This document shows positions 47,990-58,600 of a DNA stretch of 60,533 bases, in pieces (the first letter of the stretch is position 1; each line of letters begins with the position of its first letter). The stretch lies in NCBI GenBank assembly GCA_946643435.1, contig CAMPCD010000004.1, positions 1 to 60,533 on the forward strand, written 5' to 3'. Below the pieces are notes generated by a model that worked only from the letters and a program-made list of their open reading frames with translations, was not told the DNA's origin and made no database searches. This stretch comes from an uncultured bacterium (GTDB taxonomy: Bacteria > Bacillota_I > Bacilli_A > RF39 > UBA660). The position numbers and the translations under genes are program-made.

Positions 47990-48346
47990 CTATATCCACC
48001 TAGAAAAATAAATATTCCTTGTATAGCCAACCTCATAATTATCAAATACTTTAATTATCCAATTAACTATAGCAGTTAATTTATCTTCATCCTTTCTTAT
48101 TCTTATTTGTTTCATTTCACTTCTAAGTTCTTTTCTGAAGAAATAGTCATCTATATATTTATTTAATACTAGATCTAATTCCTCCAATTTATTTACTTGA
48201 ACTCTATTATTTATATCAACCTTAAAAACATAATCATGATAAACTCTAATTAACCTTTCAGATAATTCATCATCTTCTAAATATTCAAAATTAATAATCT
48301 TATAGAAATTTGGACAATGCTTTAATATTGCTTTATTCTTATTCAT
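47990..48346 (-). CDS. Hypothetical cytoplasmic protein (about 118 aa)
   Basis: ORF 47990..48364. The ATG at 48346 has the better SD spacing (GAAGGT). No motif recognised. Confidence 0.5.
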   Translation of the reverse strand: MNKNKAILKHCPNFYKIINFEYLEDDELSERLIRVYHDYVFKVDINNRVQVNKLEELDLVLNKYIDDYFFRKELRSEMKQIRIRKDEDKLTAIVNWIIKVFDNYEVGYTRNIYFSRWI

Positions 48347-48403
48347 GATTATCTTACCTTCCATATCAAAATTATACTATTTTTAGACAATAAAATAAAG
48401 ACT

Positions 48404-49333
48404 TTAAATATGCTTTAAAGTCTTTAAGTCTTTTTTAGAATTATCTAAATTAATATTATATGCATTTAGCATCGATTCAAGTGTTAATTCATAAGAGAAT
48501 ATTGCTTGAATATATTGTAACATTTCATCTTTATCTATTTCAGCAGCTTTAGTAAATGTATCTAATAAATTAAATGCTTGTAATATAGATGTAACATATT
48601 GATAATCATCTAATAATTTATCTACTTTAGTAGAATCTAAATTAGTCTTATGTCCATCTTTAACTGGTCTATAGTATAGATTAATACTCATTAAACGTTC
48701 ACCTAATTCATTAAGCATATGATTTCTTACTAAACGATATGATTCTCTACCTCTACCATTAGCAGTTAATAATGCAAAGAACATAGGTAATATATCTTTA
48801 TTTAATGGATCACTTACAACACCTTTTTCATCAACTTGTGTATGAGTTATTTGATAATTATATTGTGCTTCAGCTAATTCTTTATTTCTACTATCTACAT
48901 TAATTAATGTATATGCAGTTCCTATTTCACCTGTTTTAGCATCTTTATAATCAACTGATTCTAAAGTAGATGTAATAACTGGTCTACCATTTACCTTTAA
49001 ATCATCATTATGTGTAGCAAGAATTATTCTTGAAGGATGATTCTTAACAACATCATCATAGCTACTAAAAGAATCACTTAACATATCTGATTTAACTATA
49101 TTAACATCTCTTAGATCTAATCCATAATCAAAGAATAATTTAATAGCACTTTTAGGATTATTACTTTTACCAAATTCCTTTAATGCAGTTAAAAAACTTT
49201 TATTCTTTATTAATGAATCTGCTGAATATATTTCTCTATCTTGCATTATTGCATTGTATAAATACCAATAATAATCAGTTATAAGAAATAATGTTGATTC
49301 ATTCATTACTTTATCTCTATCAATTTTATTCAT
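48404..49333 (-). CDS. Hypothetical cytoplasmic protein (309 aa)
   Basis: Extended -10 promoter (TGTATAAT) and AAGGGG SD directly after the rpmF terminator. No motif recognised. Confidence 0.6.
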   Translation of the reverse strand: MNKIDRDKVMNESTLFLITDYYWYLYNAIMQDREIYSADSLIKNKSFLTALKEFGKSNNPKSAIKLFFDYGLDLRDVNIVKSDMLSDSFSSYDDVVKNHPSRIILATHNDDLKVNGRPVITSTLESVDYKDAKTGEIGTAYTLINVDSRNKELAEAQYNYQITHTQVDEKGVVSDPLNKDILPMFFALLTANGRGRESYRLVRNHMLNELGERLMSINLYYRPVKDGHKTNLDSTKVDKLLDDYQYVTSILQAFNLLDTFTKAAEIDKDEMLQYIQAIFSYELTLESMLNAYNINLDNSKKDLKTLKHI

Positions 49334-49362
49334 AATAAAACCCCTTTGTTAGCGCATATTAT

Positions 49363-49395
49363 ACAAAAAAAATATACATTAATCAAATGTATATT
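49363..49395 (-). terminator. rpmF terminator
   Basis: AATATACATT-AATCA-AATGTATATT hairpin followed by T8 on the minus strand. Confidence 0.7.
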
Positions 49396-49398
49396 TAA

Positions 49399-49590
49399 TT
49401 ATTCTTCAGTTTTTGTAGTTTTAATAACTTCTTTACCTTTATAATTTCCACATTCAGGACATGCTCTGTGAGACTTAATTGCAGCTCCGCACTTAGGACA
49501 AGTAGTTGTTCCTGGCATATCTAACTTCATGTGAGTTCTTCTTAATCTTTTTCTAGTTTTAGAAATTCTTCTGAATGGTAGTGCTCCCAT
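49399..49590 (-). CDS. rpmF: 50S ribosomal protein L32 (zinc-ribbon form)
   Basis: [19 protein letters not shown] plus CPKCG..CPECG. Confidence 0.92.
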   Translation of the reverse strand: MGALPFRRISKTRKRLRRTHMKLDMPGTTTCPKCGAAIKSHRACPECGNYKGKEVIKTTKTEE

Positions 49591-49612
49591 ATAAATACTC
49601 CTTTCTTCTAGT

Positions 49613-50017
49613 CTACTCTAGACTCCAGCCATCCCCTTTTAGATCTGGCATCTTTTCACTCTTAGTACACCTAATTGGTACTTCCGAGACAATATTTTCC
49701 CATAAAAATGGTAAAATATCAAGTGTATTTTTATTTTTACTATAAAAATCTTCATATTTACCAATATTTTCATCTATATTTATGGAAAATGGATATTCTA
49801 TTGGTTCTAGTGTATAAGCATCAGGTAATATCATAATTCCATCAAGAATTGCTTCTAAAAATACATCATCTTCATAGTCTATAGATATCTCACCATCTAC
49901 ATATACATCTTTTAATTCAATTATATCCATAGTACCAATCATTTCTTGTGGTACTATTACTTCACCTTTAACAGGTGCAGAACCTAAATTGTTTAACTTA
50001 AATAAATCTATTTTCAT
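49613..50017 (-). CDS. yceD: YceD/DUF177 family protein
   Basis: Acidic 134-aa protein immediately upstream of rpmF, the conserved pairing. Confidence 0.6.
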   Translation of the reverse strand: MKIDLFKLNNLGSAPVKGEVIVPQEMIGTMDIIELKDVYVDGEISIDYEDDVFLEAILDGIMILPDAYTLEPIEYPFSINIDENIGKYEDFYSKNKNTLDILPFLWENIVSEVPIRCTKSEKMPDLKGDGWSLE

Positions 50018-50018
50018 A

Positions 50019-50231
50019 TTACTTATTATATCTATTCATTTGTTGCATAACTTGTTTAACTTGCTTACTATTTGGTTTTCTTCCCATAGAAGTCATTAAA
50101 GCAGTTATCATTTGTTCATTAATAGGTGGATTCTTTTGCATATATTTCTTGATGAATAATCTAGCACCAAAGAAACCTATAATAACTCCAACTATTAATC
50201 CTATTACGATTAATAATATATCATGTAACAT
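50019..50231 (-). CDS. yneF: UPF0154 (YneF-like) small membrane protein
   Basis: 70 aa with one N-terminal TM segment, then KKYMQKNPPINEQMITALMTSMGRKPNSKQVKQVM, typical of YneF. Confidence 0.7.
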   Translation of the reverse strand: MLHDILLIVIGLIVGVIIGFFGARLFIKKYMQKNPPINEQMITALMTSMGRKPNSKQVKQVMQQMNRYNK

Positions 50232-50283
50232 AATATCACTCCTTGCATATAAATTATACTAAATATTAGTACTTAATACAATA

Positions 50284-52284
50284 TTATTCATATATTATAA
50301 GTTCATGTTGAGCTCTAGTAACAGCTACATAATATAGATATTTATCTTTATCAAAATTATTAACTATAATACATGCATCAAATTCTAATCCTTTAGCTGA
50401 ATAAGCTGGTGTAACAACTAATTCAGTATAATATTTCTTTGTATTTGCATCTATTACAGATATCTTTTTATATTTATCTTTAAATGATTTATATATTAAA
50501 TTAGCTTCATCTATAGACTTTGTAATAATAGCAACAGATCTATATTTATCTTTAAGATATTTAATATCTTTACCTATATGTTGTAAGTCTTTTATATCAT
50601 GTTTTAAGACTGGTAAATGCATAGTTCTTCTAATAGCAGATACATGATCTAATCCTAATATAGAATTAGCATATTCTATTATTTCAGGAGATGATCTGTA
50701 AGTCTTCTTTAATTCAACATATTCTGCATTCTTAAATATATTAGTTAAGATATTTAAATTATCATATTTATAGAATGGATTAACTGTTTGATTAACATCA
50801 CCTAATATAGTAAAATTAGCATTCTTAAATATCTTATTAATAATGAAATATTGTAAGTAAGTATAATCTTGAGCTTCATCTATTACTACTTGTCTCATAG
50901 CAACTTGATAAGGATATCCTTCAAGTAAACACTTCATATATATGAATGGTGTTGAATCTTCATAAGGCATTGTATCTTTAGATAAATTATTTAATACTTC
51001 TTTTAAATCAAAAGCTTTACCATATGTTCTTTGGAATAATACAGATTTAAATAAAGCTTTATAACATGCTTTATAATCTCTTTTTATATTAGTCATCTTA
51101 AATAATCTACTTCTTATTCCATTGAAGTCTTTATCTTTACCTTGGAAATATGTATTATTTATTTTTTCAGCTATTAAATCAAATCTATCAAATAAAGGTC
51201 TATCTTCATATCTTTCATGTAATAGTTTATTTAATTCACTCTTTAATATAAATTTATTTTTATAATCAAAGTCTTCATTAAATTCACATGCCTTAGAAAA
51301 TACCTTAACAAAGTCTTCAATTAATTTTTTCATCTTATCAGATAATTTAAACTTAATTAAATCATTATCTTGTTTGAATCCTTTATAATATCTTTCAACA
51401 AATGTAGAATATGGTTCTACTCCTTCATATTCAGGTATAAAAGTTCTAGCAAATGCATGGAATGTTGTTTGCATGGTATTATCTTCACCTAAATCAGGTA
51501 ATACATTAGAAATATATTCAGTAAATACATTATTTGGTGAGAATATAAGAACATTACCTGATGATAAGTATTCTAATTTATAAAGCAAGAAGGCTATTCT
51601 ATGTAAGGCTACAGATGTTTTACCTGATCCTGCAATACCTTGAACTATAACATTAGTATTAGTATTATTTCTAATAACTTGGTTTTGTTCTTGTTGAATA
51701 GTATTAACTATATTCTTCATCTTATCTGATGAATTAGTTGCTAATACATCTTGTAACATATCATCATCAATATTTAAGTTTGTATCAAATACATGTTTAA
51801 GTTTAGCATCTTCAATTGTATATTGTCTTTTTTGAGTTATTTCACCTTTTTCTTCTCCATCTGGTGTTTTATAAAATGCTTTACCAACGCCAAAGTCATA
51901 GAACATAGATGAAATAGGTGCTCTCCAGTCACATACTAGATAATCTAAATCATGCTTAACTGATGTAATACCTACATATATCTTTTCATCATTAAAAGTG
52001 AAAGAACCAAAGTAAGGAGAATTTCTTACTTTCTTTAACTTTCTAAACTTAGCTGTTTTATTATCTATTAATTGTACTTTAAGATCATTGTCATATAATA
52101 ATTGATTTAATTCTTCTTCATCAAAATCTGTTTTATTTCCCCAAATATATTCTTGGAAATCTTTTAAGTTATCTTGATCTTTAAAAATATCTGCACCAGC
52201 ATGTTCAATTTGGTAATCTATCTCTTTAATAGTTTCTTTAAGTTTTTGTTGTTCTTGTTTTAAGTCTTCTTTTGTAAGTTCCAT
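50284..52284 (-). CDS. helD: UvrD-like helicase, HelD (helicase IV)-type
   Basis: Walker A GIAGSGKTSVALHRIAFLLY, DEAQD box, C-terminal UvrD-like domain (GLEFD, VAVTRA). ATG at 52284 behind TAGGAGTG. Confidence 0.7.
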   Translation of the reverse strand: MELTKEDLKQEQQKLKETIKEIDYQIEHAGADIFKDQDNLKDFQEYIWGNKTDFDEEELNQLLYDNDLKVQLIDNKTAKFRKLKKVRNSPYFGSFTFNDEKIYVGITSVKHDLDYLVCDWRAPISSMFYDFGVGKAFYKTPDGEEKGEITQKRQYTIEDAKLKHVFDTNLNIDDDMLQDVLATNSSDKMKNIVNTIQQEQNQVIRNNTNTNVIVQGIAGSGKTSVALHRIAFLLYKLEYLSSGNVLIFSPNNVFTEYISNVLPDLGEDNTMQTTFHAFARTFIPEYEGVEPYSTFVERYYKGFKQDNDLIKFKLSDKMKKLIEDFVKVFSKACEFNEDFDYKNKFILKSELNKLLHERYEDRPLFDRFDLIAEKINNTYFQGKDKDFNGIRSRLFKMTNIKRDYKACYKALFKSVLFQRTYGKAFDLKEVLNNLSKDTMPYEDSTPFIYMKCLLEGYPYQVAMRQVVIDEAQDYTYLQYFIINKIFKNANFTILGDVNQTVNPFYKYDNLNILTNIFKNAEYVELKKTYRSSPEIIEYANSILGLDHVSAIRRTMHLPVLKHDIKDLQHIGKDIKYLKDKYRSVAIITKSIDEANLIYKSFKDKYKKISVIDANTKKYYTELVVTPAYSAKGLEFDACIIVNNFDKDKYLYYVAVTRAQHELIIYE

Positions 52285-52336
52285 AAGTAACACTCCTAAA
52301 CATATAAATTATATCTTATTTATTAGTTTTTAGACA

Positions 52337-52366
52337 GCAAAAAAGAGATATATGTACATCTCTTTT
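52337..52366 (-). terminator. obg terminator
   Basis: AAAAGAGAT-loop-ATCTCTTTT hairpin 9 nt after the stop. Confidence 0.65.
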
Positions 52367-52374
52367 ACCTTATA

Positions 52375-53652
52375 CTAGTTCTTAAATTCAAATACATAGT
52401 CTTCTATTCTTACGTCATCACCACGAGAAGCTCCTGCTTCTTCTAAGGCTTTTTCAATTCCCATACCTCTAAGTTTTCTAGCAAATCTTTCAACACCTTC
52501 AGGTTCAGAGAATCTAGTCATATGGAATAGTCTTTCAACTTCTTTACCATGTATTACCCATATACCATTTTCATTTTCAATAGTAAATGGTTCTTCTTTT
52601 TTATACTTATATAAAACATGTGATTCTTTTATATCATCATCAGTATATAATTTAACTTCCTCTAAGGAATCAACCATATCTTGTAATCTAATTATTAAAT
52701 TATCTAATCCTTCATCTAAAGGAGCAATTACAGGATATACTTCTTCATTAGGAAATTCCTTCTTAAATGCTTTTAAATTATCTTCTGCAGCATCTAAATC
52801 CATCTTAGTAGCTATTACTATATGTGGTTTCTTAATTAGTTTTTCATCATATAAAGATAATTCATTCAACATCTTTTGATAATCTTCAATAGGATTTCTT
52901 CCTTCTTCAGCACCCATATCAATAACATGTGCTATTACTTTAGTTCTTAAAGCATGCTTTAAGAATTTATCTCCTAAACCAATACCTTGAGAAGCACCTT
53001 CAATTAAACCAGGTAAATCAGCCATGATAAATGATCTACCATCTTTTAATTTAACAAATCCTAAGTTTGGATTTAATGTAGTAAAATGATATGCTCCTAC
53101 TTTAGCATTAGCATTAGATATAGAATTAATTAATGTTGATTTACCAACAGATGGCATACCAACTAAGCCTACATCAGCTAATACTTTTAATTCACATTTA
53201 ACAACAAGTTTTTCACCAGGTTCACCTAATTCAGAAAACTCAGGTGCAGTATTTTCATGAGTAGCAAATGCATGATTACCCATTCCACCACGTCCACCGT
53301 GAGCAACAATAAATTCTTCATCTTTGTGAACTAAGTCAGCTAATACATCACCAGTTTCAACATCAGTAATAGTTGTCCCACATGGTATCTTAATTACTAC
53401 ATCTTTAGCATCAGCACCATGTCTATCAGAACCTTTACCATTTGCACCTTTATCACCTTTAATATGTTTCATCATCTTTAAATCTATTAAAGTTTTAAGA
53501 CCTTCATCTGTTTTAAAGATAACATTAGCTCCATGTCCTCCGTTACCTCCATTAGGTCCACCCATAGGTACATATTTTTCTCTTCTAAATGATGTACAAC
53601 CATCTCCACCATCTCCAGCTTCAATTTTGATAGTTACTTCATCTACAAACAT
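52375..53652 (-). CDS. obg: GTPase Obg/CgtA
   Basis: Gly-rich Obg fold (GGDGGDGCTSFRREKYVPMGGPNGGNGGHG), G1 GMPSVGKST, G3 DLPG, C-terminal OCT-type domain. Confidence 0.95.
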   Translation of the reverse strand: MFVDEVTIKIEAGDGGDGCTSFRREKYVPMGGPNGGNGGHGANVIFKTDEGLKTLIDLKMMKHIKGDKGANGKGSDRHGADAKDVVIKIPCGTTITDVETGDVLADLVHKDEEFIVAHGGRGGMGNHAFATHENTAPEFSELGEPGEKLVVKCELKVLADVGLVGMPSVGKSTLINSISNANAKVGAYHFTTLNPNLGFVKLKDGRSFIMADLPGLIEGASQGIGLGDKFLKHALRTKVIAHVIDMGAEEGRNPIEDYQKMLNELSLYDEKLIKKPHIVIATKMDLDAAEDNLKAFKKEFPNEEVYPVIAPLDEGLDNLIIRLQDMVDSLEEVKLYTDDDIKESHVLYKYKKEEPFTIENENGIWVIHGKEVERLFHMTRFSEPEGVERFARKLRGMGIEKALEEAGASRGDDVRIEDYVFEFKN

Positions 53653-53667
53653 CTGAGTTCACCTCCT

Positions 53668-53922
53668 TTAATTCAATTCAATTATTGTACAACCTACATT
53701 GAAAACATGCAAGTAATATTTCTTAACCTTTTTATTGTGTCTTAACTCTTTATGTATTTTATTTTTTAATATATGTTGACCATTCCCATGAATAACGACT
53801 ATTTTATCTTTTCTTAATTTATAATTATCATTTATAAAATCATTAACCACAGTCATGACGGTATCCTCGGTATAACCATGGACATCTAACTGTGGCAATA
53901 TATTAATAAAAGGATCGTGCAT
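53668..53922 (-). CDS. Stand-alone Smr domain protein
   Basis: LDVHGYT...VVIHGNGQHILK matches the Smr LDLHG/HGxG pattern. Start overlaps the upstream stop (TAATG). Confidence 0.65.
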   Translation of the reverse strand: MHDPFINILPQLDVHGYTEDTVMTVVNDFINDNYKLRKDKIVVIHGNGQHILKNKIHKELRHNKKVKKYYLHVFNVGCTIIELN

Positions 53923-55073
53923 TATCCAAATATATTAGTATCTTCATGAGTTGGTGGTGCTTGAACTGGTTCTTGAGAAACTGAAACAGGAGCCTCTACT
54001 GCAGTAGGAGCTGGTTGTTCAGCAACTGGAGGAGCTTGTACAGTTTCATCACCAATTGGTTTTTGGTCAAATGCAGCTAATGGTTGTTCTCCTTGTTGAA
54101 CAGGAGCTTGCTCTACTACTTGTTGTTGAGGTACCTCTACTTTTTGTTCAGGTTGATAAGATTTAAACTTGTCTTTTAATCCTGAATTAGTAATAACTTC
54201 TTCTAAAGTTGGTATAGCAGGTTCTTCCCCTATTTTGGAAATTGATATAGCTGCTGCTGTATTAGCAAATTTAATAGAATCATCTAATGATATATCATGC
54301 ATCATTGCAAAAGCAAATGCACCAGTAAATACTGAATCAAATGATGATACATCAGCATGATTAATCTTCATTTCAGGTAACATTTTTACTTTATTATCTT
54401 CTGCATATAATATCTTCTTATTATTTAATAAAACTACATAGTTACTACTTCCAACAGAGTCTACTAGTTTTTGATATGCATCAACTAGTTCTTCTGCAGG
54501 TGTATCTATTTCTATTTTAGTCTTTGTTAATCCTTCTAAGAATGCTTGAGTACATACTACATATTTGCATTTCTTAGCAAGTGTTAAAGTATTAGCATTA
54601 GCTACTCTAGCATAGAATACAATTTTTACACGATTATCATTATTGATTAATGCCATTGCACCAGCAGTATCAGATGCATCCATAATAGCCCAATCAGGTT
54701 GGAAATCATATTTAAACTTTTGTAATTCAACATTTGGATCATTATATAAAATTTTAGTAACAGCACCAGTCTTAAGATTTAAAACTAAATAGTTAGTTGA
54801 AGTTGGTTTCTCAAATGTAGTCTCTAAGAATTTAGAATTAACTTTATATTCAGAAAATACATTTCTTATTTTTTCAGCATAAGCATCATTACCTAATACA
54901 CCAGTAAAATGTGGTTTTACTCCCCATTTAGCTATTAAACATGCTGCAGTTGCAGGAACTCCTCCAACTGATTCGTTTTTACCTGTTATATGGAAAACAT
55001 CACCTTCCATAGGAAATTCTTGTAAAGGTAAATATACATTAACAGCAGGTTTTCCAATTACTAATACTTCCAT
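53922..55073 (-). CDS. PfkB/ribokinase-like protein with degenerate active-site motif and a 77-aa Pro/Gln/Ala/Val-rich C-terminal tail
   Basis: N-terminal PfkB pattern (VLVIGKP..VGGVPATAA). The canonical DTxGAGDxFxGAF motif reads DVSSFDSVFTGAF here. The tail is encoded at 53925-54155. Confidence 0.6.
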   Translation of the reverse strand: MEVLVIGKPAVNVYLPLQEFPMEGDVFHITGKNESVGGVPATAACLIAKWGVKPHFTGVLGNDAYAEKIRNVFSEYKVNSKFLETTFEKPTSTNYLVLNLKTGAVTKILYNDPNVELQKFKYDFQPDWAIMDASDTAGAMALINNDNRVKIVFYARVANANTLTLAKKCKYVVCTQAFLEGLTKTKIEIDTPAEELVDAYQKLVDSVGSSNYVVLLNNKKILYAEDNKVKMLPEMKINHADVSSFDSVFTGAFAFAMMHDISLDDSIKFANTAAAISISKIGEEPAIPTLEEVITNSGLKDKFKSYQPEQKVEVPQQQVVEQAPVQQGEQPLAAFDQKPIGDETVQAPPVAEQPAPTAVEAPVSVSQEPVQAPPTHEDTNIFG

Positions 55074-55132
55074 TTTATTATCACCCTATTCTATTAAACA
55101 TTATATAACAATATCAAATATTAATAAATAAT

Positions 55133-55158
55133 AAAAACTATAGAAACCTATAGTTTTT
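55133..55158 (-). terminator. Terminator after the PH-domain gene
   Basis: AAAAACTATAG-AAAC-CTATAGTTTTT hairpin. Confidence 0.65.
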
Positions 55159-55178
55159 AATTTGATATGTAAATTAAT

Positions 55179-55565
55179 CTATTTTGTATTAATTATATAT
55201 GAGAATAACTTTCTTAAATCAGTTTTACCTCTAGCATCTAAGTGAATAAATTTTAATTCCATTTGATATCCACTATCAAATGAGAATAATATAGATGCAC
55301 TAGATCTCTTATATAATATTGCACTACTTGATATAGATGAATAAGGTATAATATGTATCTTCTTACTTCCATCTAATGGATTAACATCAAATAATACCAT
55401 TCTTTCATTTGTAAATACACCTTTATCACGTGATGTTTGATAAGCTTGTATTACTTTTTCATCTTTCTTAAAATAATCTGTTACATAAGTTGGTAAATCT
55501 TCTTCATTGATTCTTTTGTTAAAATTAAAATATTTAGTTAGTTCTTTATATTTAATATATGCCAT
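55179..55565 (-). CDS. Bacterial PH (bPH/DUF1696-like) domain protein
   Basis: 128 aa. The pattern DKGVFTNERMVLFDV...IHIIPYSSISS resembles bacterial PH-domain proteins. Confidence 0.5.
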   Translation of the reverse strand: MAYIKYKELTKYFNFNKRINEEDLPTYVTDYFKKDEKVIQAYQTSRDKGVFTNERMVLFDVNPLDGSKKIHIIPYSSISSSAILYKRSSASILFSFDSGYQMELKFIHLDARGKTDLRKLFSYIINTK

Positions 55566-55599
55566 ATAACCTCACCTATTTTTAATTTACTATTTATAA

Positions 55600-55629
55600 T
55601 AGAAAAAATCAAGGATAACCTTGATTTTT
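55600..55629 (-). terminator. Terminator of the large surface protein gene
   Basis: AAAAATCAAGG-ATAA-CCTTGATTTTT hairpin. Confidence 0.7.
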
Positions 55630-55635
55630 ATATTA

Positions 55636-58600
55636 TTAGATACGATTTACTGAAACTAATTTTAAGTTTCCAGTTTTTTCATTGTATTGTACTAAGTATA
55701 ATTTATCGCCATAAATATATTCGATATAAATATATTGATTTAGCCATTCACCATTAGTCGCTCTAATAATAGCATGGTCAGTCTTAGATATTTCATATCT
55801 TAGTTTTCCATCTACAACACTGGAACTCTTTAATGTTATTGTATGAGTACTTATATTACCTTTTTTGTAGACTTTGTTAACAGTTGCCCCTGATGGTAAT
55901 TTATTGAATTCAATATAATATTTTCCATCTGGAACTGTAACTTTCATAGCTTTAATAGCTTTTACTCTTTCTGCTTCGGCTTCTGCTTCGATAGCTTCAT
56001 CTTCTTCTTCTTTAGAAGAATATTTGCTTACAGCATAATCGAATTTATCTGTAATATTGTTATTAGAATTTAAAACTACTGTTGCAGTTCTCTTAGTTGT
56101 AGCACTTGAAGTTTTAAAATTATCTAATCTATACTTATCAGATGACAATTCTTTAGTAGTATCATCTGTATAAGTAGCTGTTACAGTAATATCTTCTTTT
56201 TGATTTTTCCAATATGTAGGAACATGATTAACTACTTTAATAGATTCGATCTTATTAATAACTGTAGTATATTCGAATGTCTTAGATTGACCTTTATATG
56301 TAACTGTAGCTGTATGTTTACCTTCTGTCTTATCTAATGCAGTTACTTTGTAATCATCAGTTTTTTCATTCTTCTTACCATTGTTATCATCGTAAGTAAC
56401 AGTTATATCAAATTTAGTTGCATAATCATAGTATTTATCTTTGTTGACTTTAACATGTATGTCAGTTACTTTGATATCAACTAATTTGATGTCTTTTAAT
56501 TCATTAATTGATTCTTTAATTGCATTGATGTCAGTACCTTTGTAGTTGTCTTTAGCTTTAGAAATCTTGTTGTTTAAGTCTTCAACTGATTTATCAGTTT
56601 TGTTAGTAGTATCTAATTTCTTAGCTTTTTCAATTAATTCCTTTAATTCAGCTTTTGCTTTATCTAATTCTTCAGCATCTCTATCATATATTACTCTAGC
56701 ATCACAATGGAATCTATCACCTTGTAATTTTAATACGTAATATTGTAATTTTTTGTACTTATTGTTGTTAAATACATCTGGTTCACCTTTAAGTACTTCA
56801 CGTATTTTCTCATCATTATCTGAGTAAACGATAATATGTTTATTTCTATAATCATTAACTGCATCAACTATTTCTTTAGTTATAGTTAATTCGAAATATT
56901 TATCTTTTTCTACTTCAGGTTTATTATAAGGATGATTGAAATCATCGATATTTGTAGAATAATCATATCCTAAATCTTCTTTTAGAATTGAAATCTTAGT
57001 AGTTGCAGAAACAACATCATATTTTGCTTGTACTTCTAAGTTGCCTTTAACATGTTTTAATGCAGAATCTTTAACATCCCAATTTAAGAATTTTAGTTCG
57101 ATTGAACCATTCCATTCAGTAACAGTTCCACTTGTATCAGGTATATTAGCAGCAGTATTATATGTAACACTTTGTGTTGATAATACTTTACCCTTAATAC
57201 CATAGAATGTTACAGTGAACTTTTTGTTCTTAATAGCGTCATCGATAGCCTTTTTAGTATCTTTAACTGCTTTTTCTAAATCTTCTAAGTTGTTTATATT
57301 ATCTAAGTTGTTTTCAAAATCATTCTTGATTGTTGTAATTTCTTCGATGTATTGTTCATCATCAGTTCTATATTTTTTGATTTCATCAATAGCTGCATCT
57401 TTCTTATCGGCTAATTCAGCATCTTTATCATAATGAATTCTTCCGTCAACATGAACTCCATCACCAGTAACTTTTAATACATAGAATTCAATAGTCTTAT
57501 ACTTATTACCTTTGTATAAAGTAGGTAGCTCAGTTGAAACAATAGAACGGATAGTTGCATCATCAGTAGCTACTATAACTTCGTGACCTTTACTATATGT
57601 ATTAACAGCATTGATAATATCGTCAGTTAACTTAACTTCAATATTTTTTACGATTCTTTCGTAGTCATCAGTTGTTAATCTTTCTTTGTTGCTAGATTCT
57701 TCTTTAACTACATATACGCTTCCTGTTACATTAGTAACTTCATAGTTAGCATATACATCTAAATTAGTCTTTACTTCAGTGAAATCCTTATCCCAACCAA
57801 CAAACTTATTGATAACACGTCCATAGAAAGTTGTAACCTCTTTCTTTATTTCAGGAGTTTTAGCTGATTTTGTGTAATGAACTGTTTGTGTATCAAGTAA
57901 TTCATAATTAGAATTATGTGTGTTGATATGGTAGAAATTAACTGTGAAAGTTGTATTCTTGATTAAATCATCAATTTTATTTTTTGTTTCTTCTACAATG
58001 TTTTCAATTTCTTTAACATCATTAGAAGCTTCAACCTCTTTTAATCCTTCATCTTTAGTAGTATTAATATCTTTGATGTATTCTTGATCTTCTTGTTTAT
58101 ATTCATTGATATCTTTAAAAGCTTTTTCTTTAGCTTCTGCTACTTCGTTTGCTTTCATTTCATCTAATGCTTTCTTAGCATCAGATACTAACTTATCAAT
58201 TGCTTTCTTAGTTGTTGCATCATCAATCTTGTTGTTATATTCATTTAATAAGTCAGTGTAATCAGTGACTAGATTTAAACTTTCAGCATATTCTTTGATG
58301 TCTTTCTTAGCTGCTTCTTTATATGCAGTTAAATCTTCATTGATTACTTCATCAATTTTATTCTTACCTTCATCTAAGTTTTTATTGATGTCATCTAATG
58401 TTGTTGAATCATTAATCTTAGTTGTATAGTCATCAATAACCTTATTGTAGGCAGAATCATCAGTGAATTGATACTCATCTTTATACTTTTTCAATTCATC
58501 AATAGCATTAGCTTTGTCAATTGTAAGATCTAAAGTAGTAGTATTATCGACTCTAGCTATTACTCTTCGTGTATTATTTCTTGTTGCATTTCTTTGTGTA

